NCBI GenBank assembly: GCA_965112735.1
Contig: OZ218953.1
Span: 5,394,001 to 5,458,000, forward strand
Reading direction: 5' to 3'
Length of the DNA stretch: 64,000 nucleotides
Source: Phaeosaccion multiseriatum
Lineage: Eukaryota > Protista > Ochrophyta, other classes
Positions 62,886-64,000 of the stretch are shown here, in pieces. The position numbers were made by a program, and so were the translations under genes. How positions within the stretch are numbered: the first letter of the stretch is position 1; the number at the start of each line of letters is the position of its first letter. The notes below the pieces were generated by a model that ran no database searches, was not told the origin of the DNA, and worked only from the letters and a program-made list of their open reading frames with translations.

Positions 62886-64000
62886 CGTAGCTCGGCCGAA
62901 TCACCACCATCCGGATCTCCTGACCCGTTACTTTGGGGAGGGGCCACTCCGGGCGCTCGTGAAGGGTCTCAGGGCATGGGGTTTGGTGGTGACGGATGGA
63001 CAGTAACACGTCCTGTACTCCTGTGCTCTTCCTCTGCCTCTGATGAGCAACGCCCAAGCTTCCAAGCTTCTCCGCTCCGGTTGGCAGGGGACCCCATGTG
63101 GCCTTGTTAGGACGTGGAAGATGGAGCCGAGAGGAGAGATGGCCACGAGAAATGCATACTCTGCTCTGCTGTGCTGTGTCGCTCGAGGTAGCAGGTGTTG
63201 GCAGCGACAGTGGGGAGGGAGAGGGGAGTACCATCCTTTTCTTCGCAGAAAGAAGGGGGGTGTGGCGTGGCGCGATGATACGCCTCCCCCCCCCGCGAGA
63301 AGAACACGGCCCGGGAAGACAGGGACGGCTGTTCTGCTGGCGCGAGCCTGCGTGTCGGTCTCACTCGCCACTTGCCCCAACAAGCAGCTTTGGCCAGCAG
63401 GTCAGCATCGAGCCAGAGTACGGTCACAGACATGTGTCGGGTTTCCCGGTGGAGATAAAAGCAGCAAGCGGCACAGAGTATCTCACTCACTCTGTCAGTA
63501 TCTGCCAGTGCTTAGGCATCGGCACTGGATAAAAGGTTTCTTAATTGTCAATTAGACTACTAGACAAGTGTCATCTACTGGTACGTGTATTAATACAGCT
63601 TAACCCGAGAGCAAGCCTGCTGGCCGCTCTGTCCTTACACAACCAGGCTCTGAGAGGGAACCCGAGCTCCTGACGTGCGTCAGTAATTCACGGATCACAA
63701 AGGGGAAACAAGGTGCTCTGTATCACGACGTTGGGGGCTTGGTTGCCTGCTTTCTATTGGTGCTTTCTTTCGGCCCTGAGAAGGGAAGCCAAGCCACAAG
63801 GTGCTATCCTACGCATCGTATCACCACCCTCACTACTCCGTGAAGCAGTCCTGACCTCCCAGCGCCCTCCTCGTCCTTTCGAGCGTTTTCCTCTCGCTCC
63901 TCCCGGCGGACCTCCCTGTGCAGTAAGTCAGTAAGCGCAACTCTTCCGTCACGTTCTGTCGTCGCATGGAGGGGTAGGCGTGGATCACGACCCTCTGCTG

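Noticed and set aside
62900-64000. Possible gene or element at the right edge
   Set aside because: No convincing ORF, splice pattern or terminal repeat within the window.

Overview
GC-rich, intron- and microsatellite-rich eukaryotic nuclear DNA, plausibly from an alga such as a photosynthetic stramenopile (inference from the men fusion gene and gene structure). The window holds about 13 compact spliced genes, mostly in divergent pairs: PPWD1, a large PH-like/Clu/RCC1 protein, a ZC2HC1-like zinc-finger protein, a MenF-MenD-MenH-MenC (PHYLLO-like) fusion, tRNA dimethylallyltransferase, RBM19/MRD1, two tandem copies of an uncharacterised gene, thiolase, RCL1, a hypothetical coiled-coil protein, riboflavin kinase, CCDC86/CGR1 and a putative sulfotransferase. 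Mobile DNA comprises the 3' half of an RLE-type (CRE-like) non-LTR retrotransposon at the left edge, a decayed relative of it between the tandem genes, and a 1.5 kb AT-rich nest of palindromic TA-flanked MITEs that appear to insert into themselves. The most unusual signals are: (1) a 15-mer CAG-TTGGTGATA-CAG found 12 times in exons, introns and intergenic DNA, with orientation depending on context; (2) the self-nested palindromic element; (3) the F-D-H-C order of the men fusion; (4) a homogenised tandem duplicate with one highly divergent cassette. CDS coordinates are gene spans including introns, with exon structures inferred by eye.
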